In this document: in pieces, positions 1 to 9,085 of the stretch
Position numbering within the stretch: position 1 is the stretch's first letter
Layout of the letters: the number at the start of each line of letters is the position of its first letter
Assembly: GCA_963803435.1 (NCBI GenBank)
Contig: CAWDML010000001.1
Span: 3,040,001 to 3,104,000 of the forward strand
Length of the DNA: 64,000 nucleotides
Reading direction: 5' to 3'
Origin: an uncultured delta proteobacterium
GTDB lineage: Bacteria; Myxococcota; Kuafuiibacteriia; Kuafuiibacteriales; Kuafuiibacteriaceae
Position numbers and translations under genes: made by a program
The notes under the pieces: generated by a model
Databases searched by the model: none
Told to the model about the DNA's origin: nothing
What the model saw: only the letters and a program-made list of their open reading frames with translations

Positions 1-659
1 AGATCGATCAGCCGCGGCTCGCGGACGCTGGCGCGCCCGACGGTGTGGATCGTGGGATAGTTCTTCTCGAGGAGCTGCTTCCCCACGATCACGCTGATGC
101 TCGCGTCGTGCTGCTTCGCGAGCTTCTTCGCCTCGTTCGCCAGCTCGACGGGCCCCATGTCCGAGGAGGGCGTGTTGATCAAATCGCGGACCAGGTAGGT
201 CGCCTCGACCAGCCGTGTCACCTCCTTCTTGTCGGCGCCGCTCGGCCAGGCCAGCACGCGGGCCTCCTCGCTCGAGGCCTTCCCGCTCTCGCCGTCCTGG
301 CTTCGCGGGATGACCGTCCTGGAGGTCTTGTAGCGGCTGAACCGGTAGCTCGCGAGGGCCCACCCGAGAGCAGCATCGTCGCTCGCCGCGCCGTCGAGCG
401 CGTACCGACCCGGCGGCAGCGCGGCCGGCGCGGCGGCCCAATCCCACAGCTCGCCGGCGCCGACGCCGAGGAGAAAGCCGGCGGGTCCCCGGTCGCCCGG
501 GAGCGGACAGGCCGTGCCGGCCTTCGCGGTGAAGCCGAGGCGCTCGACCCAGGCGATCACGGACTTGCTCTGCTTCTTCAGCCAGGTCGCGAGCTCGTCC
601 CGCTTGATCGGGGTCAGCGCGAGGCTGTGGGTCGAGCGCGTCGAGAGGCAATCGAGCAC
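1..659 (-). CDS. Leucyl aminopeptidase (M17 family), N-terminal part; runs off the window edge
   Basis: Not in the ORF track; translated by hand from the GTG at 659: VLDCLSTR...ALGWALASYRFSRYK...LVRDLINTPSSDMGPVEL...NYPTIHTVGRASVREPRLIDL. This matches the M17 RDLINTP and IHxVGRAS motifs. Confidence 0.85.
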   Translation of the reverse strand, partial: MLDCLSTRSTHSLALTPIKRDELATWLKKQSKSVIAWVERLGFTAKAGTACPLPGDRGPAGFLLGVGAGELWDWAAAPAALPPGRYALDGAASDDAALGWALASYRFSRYKTSRTVIPRSQDGESGKASSEEARVLAWPSGADKKEVTRLVEATYLVRDLINTPSSDMGPVELANEAKKLAKQHDASISVIVGKQLLEKNYPTIHTVGRASVREPRLID

Positions 660-706
660 TCGAACGTGCTAGCAAATTTTGAGCGACGGCGGAAGGATGG
701 GCGACC

Positions 707-2578
707 GTGATGCGGGTCCTGAAGAAGGTTGCGATCGGCGCCGGCATCCTGCTGCTGGCGATCGCCGCGCTGCTCGGCGTCTTCGAGCTCCTGTGGATCT
801 CGGAGGCCGACCGAGCGCCCGAGTCGGCGACCGGCCGGCGCGACGTGGCGCTGGTCCGGACCAGCACGACGATGGTCGTGACCGCCAACCCGCTGGCGAC
901 GAAGGCAGGCCTCGAGATCCTCGAGGCCGGTGGAAACGCGATCGACGCCGCGGTGGCGGTGCAAGCCGTGTTGACGCTGGTCGAACCCCAATCCTCGGGG
1001 ATCGGCGGCGGCGCGTTTCTCCTCCACTACGACGGACAGCGCCACCAGCTGGAGGCGTTCGACGGTCGTGAGACGGCGCCGGCCGAGGCGCCTCCGAGCC
1101 TGTTCATGCACGACGCCGGCGACCCGTACAACTTCATCGAGGCCGTGGTCGGCGGCCGCGCGGTCGGCGTGCCGGGAGCGCTGCGCGCGCTCGAGCTGGC
1201 GCAGCGAAGCCACGGCCAGCTCCCCTGGGCCCGGCTCTTCGAGCCCGCGATCGCGTTGGCGGAGCAGGGATTCGAGGTCACGCCGCGCCTCTTCCAGCTC
1301 CTCTCCAAGGACCCGATGCTCCCGACCATGCCGGCGGCCCGGGCGTACTTCTATCAGGACGACGGGCGCCCCAAGGCGATCGGAACGCGGCTCGTGAACC
1401 CGGAGCTGGCCGAGGTGCTCCGCGCCATCGCGCAGGGCGGCGCCGACGCCCTCTATCGCGGCCCCATCGCGAAGGACATCGTCGCCGCGGTGCGTTCGGC
1501 CGAGCGTCCCAGCATGCTCGAGGTCGGGATCAACCAGGCCATGCTGCAGATGGGCGCGCCCTACACGGCCGGCTTCGACGCCGACGAGCCGAACCCGGGC
1601 CTCCTCAGCGAGCAGGACCTGGCCGGTTATCAGGCGAAGATCCGCGAGCCGCTGTGCCGGCCCTACCGGACCTGGCGCGTCTGCGGCTTTCCGCCGCCGA
1701 CCTCGGGCGGGATCACGGTCCTAGAGGTGCTGTCGCTGCTGGAGCGCTTCGACCTGGGCGCGCGCACCCAGCCGGATTCGCCCGAGGCGCTCCATCTGAT
1801 CGCGGAGGCGGAGAAGCTCGCGTACGCCGACCGCGATCGCTACATCGCCGACACCGACTTCGTCCCGGTGCCGGTCGACGGCCTGCTCGATCCCGAATAC
1901 CTCGAGGCGCGCTCCGAGATGATCGATCCGAAGAAGGCCCGCAAGGCCGCCAAGGCTGGCCTGCCCGAGGGGATCAAGAGCGCGTTCGTGGACGGCGTGT
2001 CGCCGGAGCTGCCGTCCACCAGCCACTTCTCGATCGTCGACAGCCATCAGAACGTGGTGTCGATGACGACCAGCATCGAGTTCGTGTTCGGCTCGCACGT
2101 GATGGTCCACGGCTTCCTGCTCAACAACCAGCTCACCGACTTCTCGTTCCTCCCAGGGACGGAGAAGAGGCCGATCGCGAACGCGGTCGCGGCCAACAAG
2201 CGGCCTCGGAGCTCGATGGCGCCGCTGATCGTGTTCGATCAGAAGAGCGGTCAGCCCGTGCTCGCGATCGGCTCACCGGGCGGCAGCCGGATCATCGCGT
2301 ACGTCGTGCGCGCCACGCTGGGGATCCTCGAGTGGGGCCTCGATCCGCAGCGCGCCGTCTCGCTTCCGCACGTGGTCAACCGGAACGGCGCCACCGAGCT
2401 CGAGAACGACGGCTGGGACCCGGGCGAGCTGGACGCCGCCAAGAAGGCGCTCACCGCGCTCGGTCACACCGTCGAGGTGGGCGAGCAGAACAGCGGTCTC
2501 CACGCCATCTCGATCACCGAGCACGGCCTCCTCGGGGGCGTCGATCCCCGGCGGGAAGGTCTCGCCGCCGGCTGGTGA
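707..2578 (+). CDS. ggt: Gamma-glutamyltransferase with N-terminal membrane anchor
   Basis: GGNAIDAAVA, EPQSSGIGGG, DGRETAP, autocatalytic Thr motif TSHFSIVD, LNNQLTDF, RPRSSMAP, GSPGG, DPRR. Confidence 0.95.
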   Translation: MMRVLKKVAIGAGILLLAIAALLGVFELLWISEADRAPESATGRRDVALVRTSTTMVVTANPLATKAGLEILEAGGNAIDAAVAVQAVLTLVEPQSSGIGGGAFLLHYDGQRHQLEAFDGRETAPAEAPPSLFMHDAGDPYNFIEAVVGGRAVGVPGALRALELAQRSHGQLPWARLFEPAIALAEQGFEVTPRLFQLLSKDPMLPTMPAARAYFYQDDGRPKAIGTRLVNPELAEVLRAIAQGGADALYRGPIAKDIVAAVRSAERPSMLEVGINQAMLQMGAPYTAGFDADEPNPGLLSEQDLAGYQAKIREPLCRPYRTWRVCGFPPPTSGGITVLEVLSLLERFDLGARTQPDSPEALHLIAEAEKLAYADRDRYIADTDFVPVPVDGLLDPEYLEARSEMIDPKKARKAAKAGLPEGIKSAFVDGVSPELPSTSHFSIVDSHQNVVSMTTSIEFVFGSHVMVHGFLLNNQLTDFSFLPGTEKRPIANAVAANKRPRSSMAPLIVFDQKSGQPVLAIGSPGGSRIIAYVVRATLGILEWGLDPQRAVSLPHVVNRNGATELENDGWDPGELDAAKKALTALGHTVEVGEQNSGLHAISITEHGLLGGVDPRREGLAAGW

Positions 2579-2579
2579 C

Positions 2580-3365
2580 GTGCGCGTCCGGCTGAGCAAT
2601 GCCGAGCTCGAGCGCGGCCGCCTCCGCGTGCACACGCTCGAGAGATCGAAGGCCGCCTTCGACGGCGCCGGTTGGGTCCTCTTCGAGAACGCGTACGATC
2701 CCGGCCTCATCGAGTCGCTCCAGCGCGCGTTCTTCGCCCGCTACGGCGGACTGAGTGAGGACGACCTCCTGGCCGTCGGATCCAGGGTCGGACCCGACCG
2801 CTACATGTTCGCGATCGATCTCGAGCCGCCGTTCCTCGACCCGCAGCTCTACGCCAACCCCTTCGCGCTGGCGCTGATCCGGACCCTCCTGGGCGCCGAC
2901 TGCACGCTCGACAGCTTCTCAGCGGTGGTGGCATATCCCGGCGCCGAGGATCAGCACCTCCATCTCGATCACTCGCTCCTCTTCGAAGAACAGAGCGCCG
3001 CCAGCATGGCCCTGCCCGCCTATGCGCTCACCATGGTGGTGCCGCTGGTCAATCTCACCGAGCGCTCGGGAAGCACCCGCCTGTTCCAGAAGACGGCCCG
3101 GGCGGAGCCCTCGCTGTGGTCCCAGCTCCGCGGCGGCGAGATGATCGAGGCGAGCACCGGCGCCTGCTGGCTCATGGACTACCGGCTCGCCCACGCCGGC
3201 ACGCGGAACCCGAGCCAGGTCCCCCGCCCCATCCTCTATCTCGTCTACACCCGCAAGTGGTTCACGGACTCCGAGAACTTTCGGGACCGACCCCGCTTCT
3301 CGCTGGCGCCGAAGATGAAGGCGCTCATCCCCGAGGCCTATCTCCCCTTGTTCCGCCGGGCGTGA
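2580..3365 (+). CDS. Phytanoyl-CoA dioxygenase (PhyH)-like Fe(II)/2-oxoglutarate oxygenase
   Basis: QHLHLD (HxD), later HAGTRN and RPILYLVY. Confidence 0.8.
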   Translation: MRVRLSNAELERGRLRVHTLERSKAAFDGAGWVLFENAYDPGLIESLQRAFFARYGGLSEDDLLAVGSRVGPDRYMFAIDLEPPFLDPQLYANPFALALIRTLLGADCTLDSFSAVVAYPGAEDQHLHLDHSLLFEEQSAASMALPAYALTMVVPLVNLTERSGSTRLFQKTARAEPSLWSQLRGGEMIEASTGACWLMDYRLAHAGTRNPSQVPRPILYLVYTRKWFTDSENFRDRPRFSLAPKMKALIPEAYLPLFRRA

Positions 3366-3409
3366 TCCCCGCCTTGCCTCGCCGTCGGGCAGCAAGTACT
3401 CAGCGGGTC

Positions 3410-4189
3410 ATGACCTCGCTCGATCTCTCGGGGAGATGCGCCCTCGTCACCGGCGGCTCGCGGGGGATCGGACATCGCGCGGCGATCGCGCTGGCGGCCG
3501 CCGGCGCCGACGTCGCGATCACCTACCTCAACTCGCGGAGAAACGCAGAGGAGGTCGGGGAGGAGATCCTGGCGCTGGGGCGGCGCACGCTGGCGGTGCG
3601 GGCCGATCTCGCCGAGGCCGAGGACGTCTCCCTCGCAATCGAAGCGATCGCAGATCAGCTGGGGCGTCTCGACATCGTGGTCTCGAACGCCGCCGGCGGC
3701 GGGTTCCGGCCGCTGATGGAGGTCTCGCCGGAGAACTTCGACTACGCCCTCCACCTCAACGTCCGCGCCTTCATGCTCCTGATGCAGAAGGCTGCGCCCC
3801 TGCTCGAGCGGACCGACGAGGACGGCGTGCGCTCCAAGGTGATCACGCTGTCGAGCTGGGGCGCCGAGCGAGCGCTGCCGATGTACGGGGTGATCGGCGC
3901 CTGCAAGGCGGCGCTGGAGTCGATGACCCGCCACGCCGCGCTGGAGCTGGGGCCGCGCGGGATCAACGTCAACTGCGTGCGCGCCGGCGTGGTCGACACC
4001 GGATCGCTGCGCGCGCTCCCCGGGGTCGAGGTCGTCCTCGAGGAGCGCTCCAAGCGCTCGCTGGCGGGCCGGCGCAACATCACGCCCGACGACGTGGCGA
4101 ACACCGTCTTGTTCCTGGCGAGCGATCTGTCGGACATGATCCAGGGCCAGACGATCGTGATCGACGGAGGCACCAGCCTTCATCCCTAG
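3410..4189 (+). CDS. SDR oxidoreductase, FabL-like enoyl-ACP reductase
   Basis: TGGSRGIG, VSNAAGG, YxxxxxxK spacing in YGVIGACKAALE (enoyl-reductase type), GQTIVIDGG; ATG at 3410 chosen as start. Confidence 0.75.
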   Translation: MTSLDLSGRCALVTGGSRGIGHRAAIALAAAGADVAITYLNSRRNAEEVGEEILALGRRTLAVRADLAEAEDVSLAIEAIADQLGRLDIVVSNAAGGGFRPLMEVSPENFDYALHLNVRAFMLLMQKAAPLLERTDEDGVRSKVITLSSWGAERALPMYGVIGACKAALESMTRHAALELGPRGINVNCVRAGVVDTGSLRALPGVEVVLEERSKRSLAGRRNITPDDVANTVLFLASDLSDMIQGQTIVIDGGTSLHP

Positions 4190-4254
4190 TCCTAGTGCTT
4201 CGGTCGTTTGCAATTAGCCACGGAGGCGGCGAGGCACGGAGTACGGAGTCACTG

Positions 4255-6780
4255 ATGGAGCCCGCAGCCCCCGTTTGCAAGATCAGGCCTCGCTGCCCGC
4301 CCGCGGAGCTGGAACCGCTCCTCGCGCATCTGTCCGAGAACCGACCGATCGCGGAGCGCACCTCGTTCCCGCGCGGGACGCTGCTCCAAGACGGGCGGCT
4401 CGACCTCTGCAAGCAGGCCCTCGGTCCCGAAGGGCTCGGACGCGTCGCAGAGGCGCTGGCGGGCAACACGCAGGTCGCCCACCTGTTGCTCGGCGCGGAT
4501 CAGCTCGGTCCCGAGGGCGCGATGATCGTGGCCGATCTGGCCCGGCATCACCCGTCGATCGAGACGCTCTATCTCGGCTGCAATGGCATCGGACCCTACG
4601 GCGTGAGGGCGCTCGCCGACGCGCTCGCCGACAACGACCGCGTTCACGCGCTCTGGCTCAAGCGAAACGCGCTCGGGGTCGGCGGGGCCGCCGAGGTGTC
4701 GCGGCTGTTGAGAGCGAACGGCCGGATCCGAACGCTCGATCTGGTGAGCAACGGGCTCGGGATCGAGGGTGCGCGGCTCGTGTGTGAGGCGCTCGTCGAT
4801 CATCCGCTCGAGAACCTCTATCTATGCGGCAACGAGCTGGGCCCGGAGGGCGCGGCGATGGTGTCGGAGCTGCTCGAGCGAAGCGACGGCCTTCGCAGGC
4901 TGTACCTGGCGACCAACGGGATCGGCGATGCAGGGGCGGCGGCGCTGGCGCGCGCGATCGAGGGGCGGGCCGGGCTTCGCGTGCTGGGGCTGAGCAGCGA
5001 CGACATCGGATCAGAGGGTGCCATCGCGCTGGCGCGGGCGGTCGCGGGGCACCCGACGCTCGAACAGCTCGAGCTCGGTTTCGCGCGCTCGACCGCGGTC
5101 GTGGGTGCAGAAGCGAATCGGCTTGGCGACGCCGGCGCGCGGGCGTTCGTCCAGGTCCTCGAGTCCGGCGGGGTCCTCACGGCGCTCGATCTCTCGGGCA
5201 ACGGCATCACTCATCCTGCGGCGGCCGAGCTGGTGGCAGCGCTCGCCTCGAACACGAGGATCACCAAGCTCGCCATCGGCAATCTCCCTCGCAACTTGAA
5301 ACAGTCCCTCAACGGCCTGCTCTGCCGGAACGCGAACGCCGCCGGCCCGCGGCGCGAGGAGCCGCACCTCTCCTCCATCCGCAGCGTGTACCGCACGGCC
5401 GCTACCCGATCCGAGCCGCCGGTCGAGCCCGAGCGCGAGCCGAGACGATCCACCGAGGCCGAGCGCGGCTTCAGCGACGCCGAGCTGGAGACATGCTTGA
5501 AGGTGCTGGAGGCCCTCTCGATCCGCCGCGGCGTGCTCGACGAGCTCGGTGAGGTTCGGGACCTGATGACTCGGATGCTCCGGACCGCGCGTCCCGCGAA
5601 GCGCCGGCGCAGCCGCCAGGACGATCGCCCGCTGCTCGATCGAACCGGCATCCGTCGGAAGACCGGCACGACCATCGAGATCGAGGTGCCGCCCGAGGGA
5701 CCGCGGGCCCTCACGAGCTCCCGAACCTGCTACGTGTGCAAGTCGGCCTTCACCGCGCTCCACCACTTCTACGACTCCTTCTGCCCCTCGTGCGCGGAGG
5801 TGAGCTGGGAGAAGCGGCTGGCCACCGCCGATCTCAGCGGGCGCGTGGCGCTGGTGACCGGCGGGCGGATCAAGGCGGGGATCCAGATCGTGCTGAAGCT
5901 CTTGCGTGCGGGCGCGGAGGTCATCGCCACCACGCGTTTTCCGCACGACGCCGCCCGGCGCTACGCCGCCGAGCCCGACTTCGAGGGCTTCGCGGGCCGG
6001 CTCCGCATCCACCAGCTCGACCTGCTCCAGCTCGGGCACGTCGAGGCCTTTGCGACCCGGCTCGCCGAGCGCGAGCCCAGGCTCGACATCCTCATCAACA
6101 ACGCCGCGCAGACGCTCTACCGGCCTCAGGCCTTCTATGCCCCGATGCGCGCGCTCGAGGCGGCCGCGCTCCCCGCCTCCCTCCTTCGCCTCATCGACCG
6201 CCCGCACCCGGGCGCGCTGCAGTTGGCCGAGCCGGGCGACGCGCGCCTGTTCCCTGCGCAGTCCGACGACGGCCACGGCCAGCCCGTCGACCTGCGCTCC
6301 CGCAACAGCTGGCGCCTGCGCCTGCACGAGGTCGGGACGCGCGAGCTGATCTCGGTGAACCTGATCAACACCGTCGCGCCTTATCTGTTGATCGCGAAGC
6401 TCCGTGAGCGGATGGCGAAGACGCCGGGCGACAAGTTCGTCATCAACGTCTCCGCGGTCGAGGGCCAATTCGAGCGGCGCAACAAGACTTTCTTCCATCC
6501 CCACACCAACATGGCGAAGGCCGCGCTCAACATGATCACGCGGACCTCCGCCCCCGACCTCGCCCTCGAGCACATCTACCTGGCCAGCGTCGATCCCGGC
6601 TGGTTCAGCAACGAGAACCCACATCCGATCGCCGAGGGGATGAAGGCGAGTGGCTTCACGCTCCCGATCGACGAGATCGATGGCGCCGCCCGCGTGCTCG
6701 ATCCGATCTTCAGCCGCATCAACGGCGGCGACCCGCTCTACGGCTGCCTCCTGAAGGACTACCGGCCTGCGCCCTGGTGA
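4255..6780 (+). CDS. Fusion: ribonuclease-inhibitor-like LRR repeats + CxxC..CxxC zinc finger + atypical SDR domain
   Basis: About 9-10 LxxLxLxxNxIGxxGAxxLA repeats, then CYVC...FYDSFCPSC, ALVTGGRIKAG, LDILINNAAQT, HPHTNMAKAALNM, VDPGW; ATG at 4255. Confidence 0.8.
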   Translation: MEPAAPVCKIRPRCPPAELEPLLAHLSENRPIAERTSFPRGTLLQDGRLDLCKQALGPEGLGRVAEALAGNTQVAHLLLGADQLGPEGAMIVADLARHHPSIETLYLGCNGIGPYGVRALADALADNDRVHALWLKRNALGVGGAAEVSRLLRANGRIRTLDLVSNGLGIEGARLVCEALVDHPLENLYLCGNELGPEGAAMVSELLERSDGLRRLYLATNGIGDAGAAALARAIEGRAGLRVLGLSSDDIGSEGAIALARAVAGHPTLEQLELGFARSTAVVGAEANRLGDAGARAFVQVLESGGVLTALDLSGNGITHPAAAELVAALASNTRITKLAIGNLPRNLKQSLNGLLCRNANAAGPRREEPHLSSIRSVYRTAATRSEPPVEPEREPRRSTEAERGFSDAELETCLKVLEALSIRRGVLDELGEVRDLMTRMLRTARPAKRRRSRQDDRPLLDRTGIRRKTGTTIEIEVPPEGPRALTSSRTCYVCKSAFTALHHFYDSFCPSCAEVSWEKRLATADLSGRVALVTGGRIKAGIQIVLKLLRAGAEVIATTRFPHDAARRYAAEPDFEGFAGRLRIHQLDLLQLGHVEAFATRLAEREPRLDILINNAAQTLYRPQAFYAPMRALEAAALPASLLRLIDRPHPGALQLAEPGDARLFPAQSDDGHGQPVDLRSRNSWRLRLHEVGTRELISVNLINTVAPYLLIAKLRERMAKTPGDKFVINVSAVEGQFERRNKTFFHPHTNMAKAALNMITRTSAPDLALEHIYLASVDPGWFSNENPHPIAEGMKASGFTLPIDEIDGAARVLDPIFSRINGGDPLYGCLLKDYRPAPW

Positions 6781-8006
6781 TCGATCCCGGCGACCTCACC
6801 GACACCGGCGGTCCCGCTCCACCTCGGCGCGCCCCCGAACTTGCGCTGAAAGCCGTCGCAGCCGTCGCGGAAGAACAGGCCCATACCGAGCTCCAGGTGC
6901 ACCGGCAGATCGAGCTCGACGTCGACCCTGCCGGCTTCTCCCGGCGCCAGCCCGGCCGGGCCCTCCCAGGTGATGGTTCCCGTGACAGCGGCAGCGCCCA
7001 TGTGGAAGTGCGCCCGGTGACCCGAGAAGATCGGCGTGTGCCGGCCGCCTCGATCCTGCGTCAAGAGCGTGATGTCGGCGGTGAAGCGGACGCCGGCGGT
7101 GGCGCTCTTCGACAGCACCAGCACCTGCCCCCGGCGGTACGAGCGCCCCGGTGGCCCGGAAAGGAGCACGCCAATCTGCTCGCCCGCGCCGGCGCTCATG
7201 ACGCCGCTCCGGAAGATCTCGACGCTCTCCACCTTGGCGCGAGCCGGCGGCTGGTAGCCCAGACAATCGAACCACTCGCCGCTGGCGATGGTGCCGCGCT
7301 CCACTCGCCCGGCGGCCAGCGTCGACTGGCGTAAGCCCCGCCCGAAAAGCTCGTCGATGCGAAACAGCGCGGCGCCGTCCGGATCGCGCTCGGGGAGCGG
7401 CACGTCGGAGTCGAGCGCGCCGATCAGCGCCACGATCGCAGAGCGCCAGGGTTCGCCGTCGAGGGCGGCGGTGGCCGAGCCGCGGACCACGCGGATGTCG
7501 TCGCCGTCGAGGCCGTAGTCCGCGAGCATGCGCCGGACCTCCAGCTCGACCACGTCGACCGCGGTGGAGTCGGCGACGTCGCACTTGTTGATGAAGACGA
7601 TGAAGTGCCTGACCCCCGCACACCTGGCCATCAGCACGTGCTCGCGGGTCTGCGCGCGGACGCCGTCCTCGGCGGAGACCACGACAATCGCGGCATCGAT
7701 AATCGAGACTCCGCGCGCGGCCGTACCGATCATCGCTCGACGCCCGGGCGCGTCGATGTGCGCGTAACGGCGCGACGCAGACTCGTAGGGTACGGCGCTC
7801 CGCTGGATCGTGCCGGTCCCGTAGAGCCAGCGCGGCTGTGTCGGAAGCGGGGGGACGCCAGAGATCCGATCGAGCTCCGCGACGGTCCGCGGTGTCGCCG
7901 AGCAACCCGGCTCTCCGGCGAGCACGTGCGTGATGGCGGAGAGCAGCGAGGTCTTGCCATCGCCCGCGTGGCCAATCGTGCCCACGGTCAGGGCTGGCTT
8001 GCTCAC
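6759..8006 (-). CDS. Divergent elongation factor Tu-like GTPase paralog
   Basis: VGTIGHAGDGKTS, RRYAHIDAPGR, QTREHV, FINKCD, ELEVR, GRVERG, GGRHTPIFSG; aligns by eye with all three EF-Tu domains but key motifs are degenerate. Confidence 0.8.
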   Translation of the reverse strand: MSKPALTVGTIGHAGDGKTSLLSAITHVLAGEPGCSATPRTVAELDRISGVPPLPTQPRWLYGTGTIQRSAVPYESASRRYAHIDAPGRRAMIGTAARGVSIIDAAIVVVSAEDGVRAQTREHVLMARCAGVRHFIVFINKCDVADSTAVDVVELEVRRMLADYGLDGDDIRVVRGSATAALDGEPWRSAIVALIGALDSDVPLPERDPDGAALFRIDELFGRGLRQSTLAAGRVERGTIASGEWFDCLGYQPPARAKVESVEIFRSGVMSAGAGEQIGVLLSGPPGRSYRRGQVLVLSKSATAGVRFTADITLLTQDRGGRHTPIFSGHRAHFHMGAAAVTGTITWEGPAGLAPGEAGRVDVELDLPVHLELGMGLFFRDGCDGFQRKFGGAPRWSGTAGVGEVAGIDHQGAGR

Positions 8007-9085
8007 GCCGGGAGAGTGCCGCGGCGCCGCTGCTCAATCAAGCGAACCAGCATCGCCAGGTACGCGGAGCCGACCGTCTCCGGCGCGAAGCGTTGCCGCA
8101 GGTCGGGCAGGTCGCGCTCGAGCTTGCTGCGGAGCGGCGCGGCGGCGGCGCCGGTGAGCCGCGCCACCCAGCCGGCGGCCTCCTCAATCTCCCGGTAGAG
8201 CGGGAGGTAGCCCGCGCCAGGCGCGAGCTCGCCAATCGCGCCCTCCTCACGCGCCACCACCGGGCACCCACAGAGCAACGCTTCGGCGACCGTCGTGCCG
8301 AACGGCGCGGCGGGCGCAGTCGAGACCAGGCAGCCGCCGCTGGCCGCAACCATCGAGTAGAAACGGCGCATCGCACCGTGCTCGATCCGCGGGAACCAGC
8401 GCAGCCGATCGGCGAGCTCGAGCGCGTCGGCGCTCTCGAGGAACGCGTCCACCACCGGATCGGGAGCCCGCTCGCCGCCCACCGTCCAGACCTCGAGATC
8501 CGCGCCGCCCTCCATGAGCACAGACGCGATCAGGAGGAGCTGCCTCCATGCCTCATCCTCGTCGAGCCGGCCGACCCAGCCCATGATCGGCCGCGCGTGA
8601 GAGGTTGCCGGCGTCGGATAGAAGAGGCGCGGATCGACGGCGTTTCGCCCGATCTCCACAGGATCGAACGCGGACAGCAGCCGCCGCTCCAGCAGCACCC
8701 GCTTCGAGTATCGGGACGGTACCAGCAGCGCATCGCAAGCGAACTTGCGATCCTGGAGGTAGCGCAACGCCTCGGGCTGGGCGGTCTGGATCTCGACCAC
8801 GAGGCACCGCTCCCCCGAGATCTCCGCGATGGCGTCGAGATACGGGGCGCTGTCGATGACCACCACCGCGTCGTGACGCCCGCTCTGCACACGCTCCCGG
8901 AAGCGCCAGGGATCCGCGCTCGCGGTCGACGCCAGCCCCGCGAAGAGCTCGAGGGCACCCCGATCCTCGAGCGCGACCAGCTCGACCTCGAGGTTGGGGA
9001 CCGCGGAGAGCCAGCGCAGGCGGGCGAGCAACTGCGTCGTCGTCGAGCCGAGCTCCGCTGACTGCAGGGCGAAGAGGATCCTCAC
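8003..9085 (-). CDS. Glycosyltransferase family 4 (GT-B)
   Basis: RILF start, NAVDPRLF, GWVGRL, PFGTTVAEALLCGCPVV; GTG at 9085 overlaps the upstream stop. Confidence 0.8.
   Translation of the reverse strand: MRILFALQSAELGSTTTQLLARLRWLSAVPNLEVELVALEDRGALELFAGLASTASADPWRFRERVQSGRHDAVVVIDSAPYLDAIAEISGERCLVVEIQTAQPEALRYLQDRKFACDALLVPSRYSKRVLLERRLLSAFDPVEIGRNAVDPRLFYPTPATSHARPIMGWVGRLDEDEAWRQLLLIASVLMEGGADLEVWTVGGERAPDPVVDAFLESADALELADRLRWFPRIEHGAMRRFYSMVAASGGCLVSTAPAAPFGTTVAEALLCGCPVVAREEGAIGELAPGAGYLPLYREIEEAAGWVARLTGAAAAPLRSKLERDLPDLRQRFAPETVGSAYLAMLVRLIEQRRRGTLPA

Noticed and set aside
45-710. 221-aa plus-strand ORF
   Set aside because: Antisense shadow of the M17 aminopeptidase on the minus strand
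3436-4254. N-terminal extension of the 1114-aa ORF
   Set aside because: Arg-rich off-frame read over the FabL-like gene; the real start is probably the ATG at 4255
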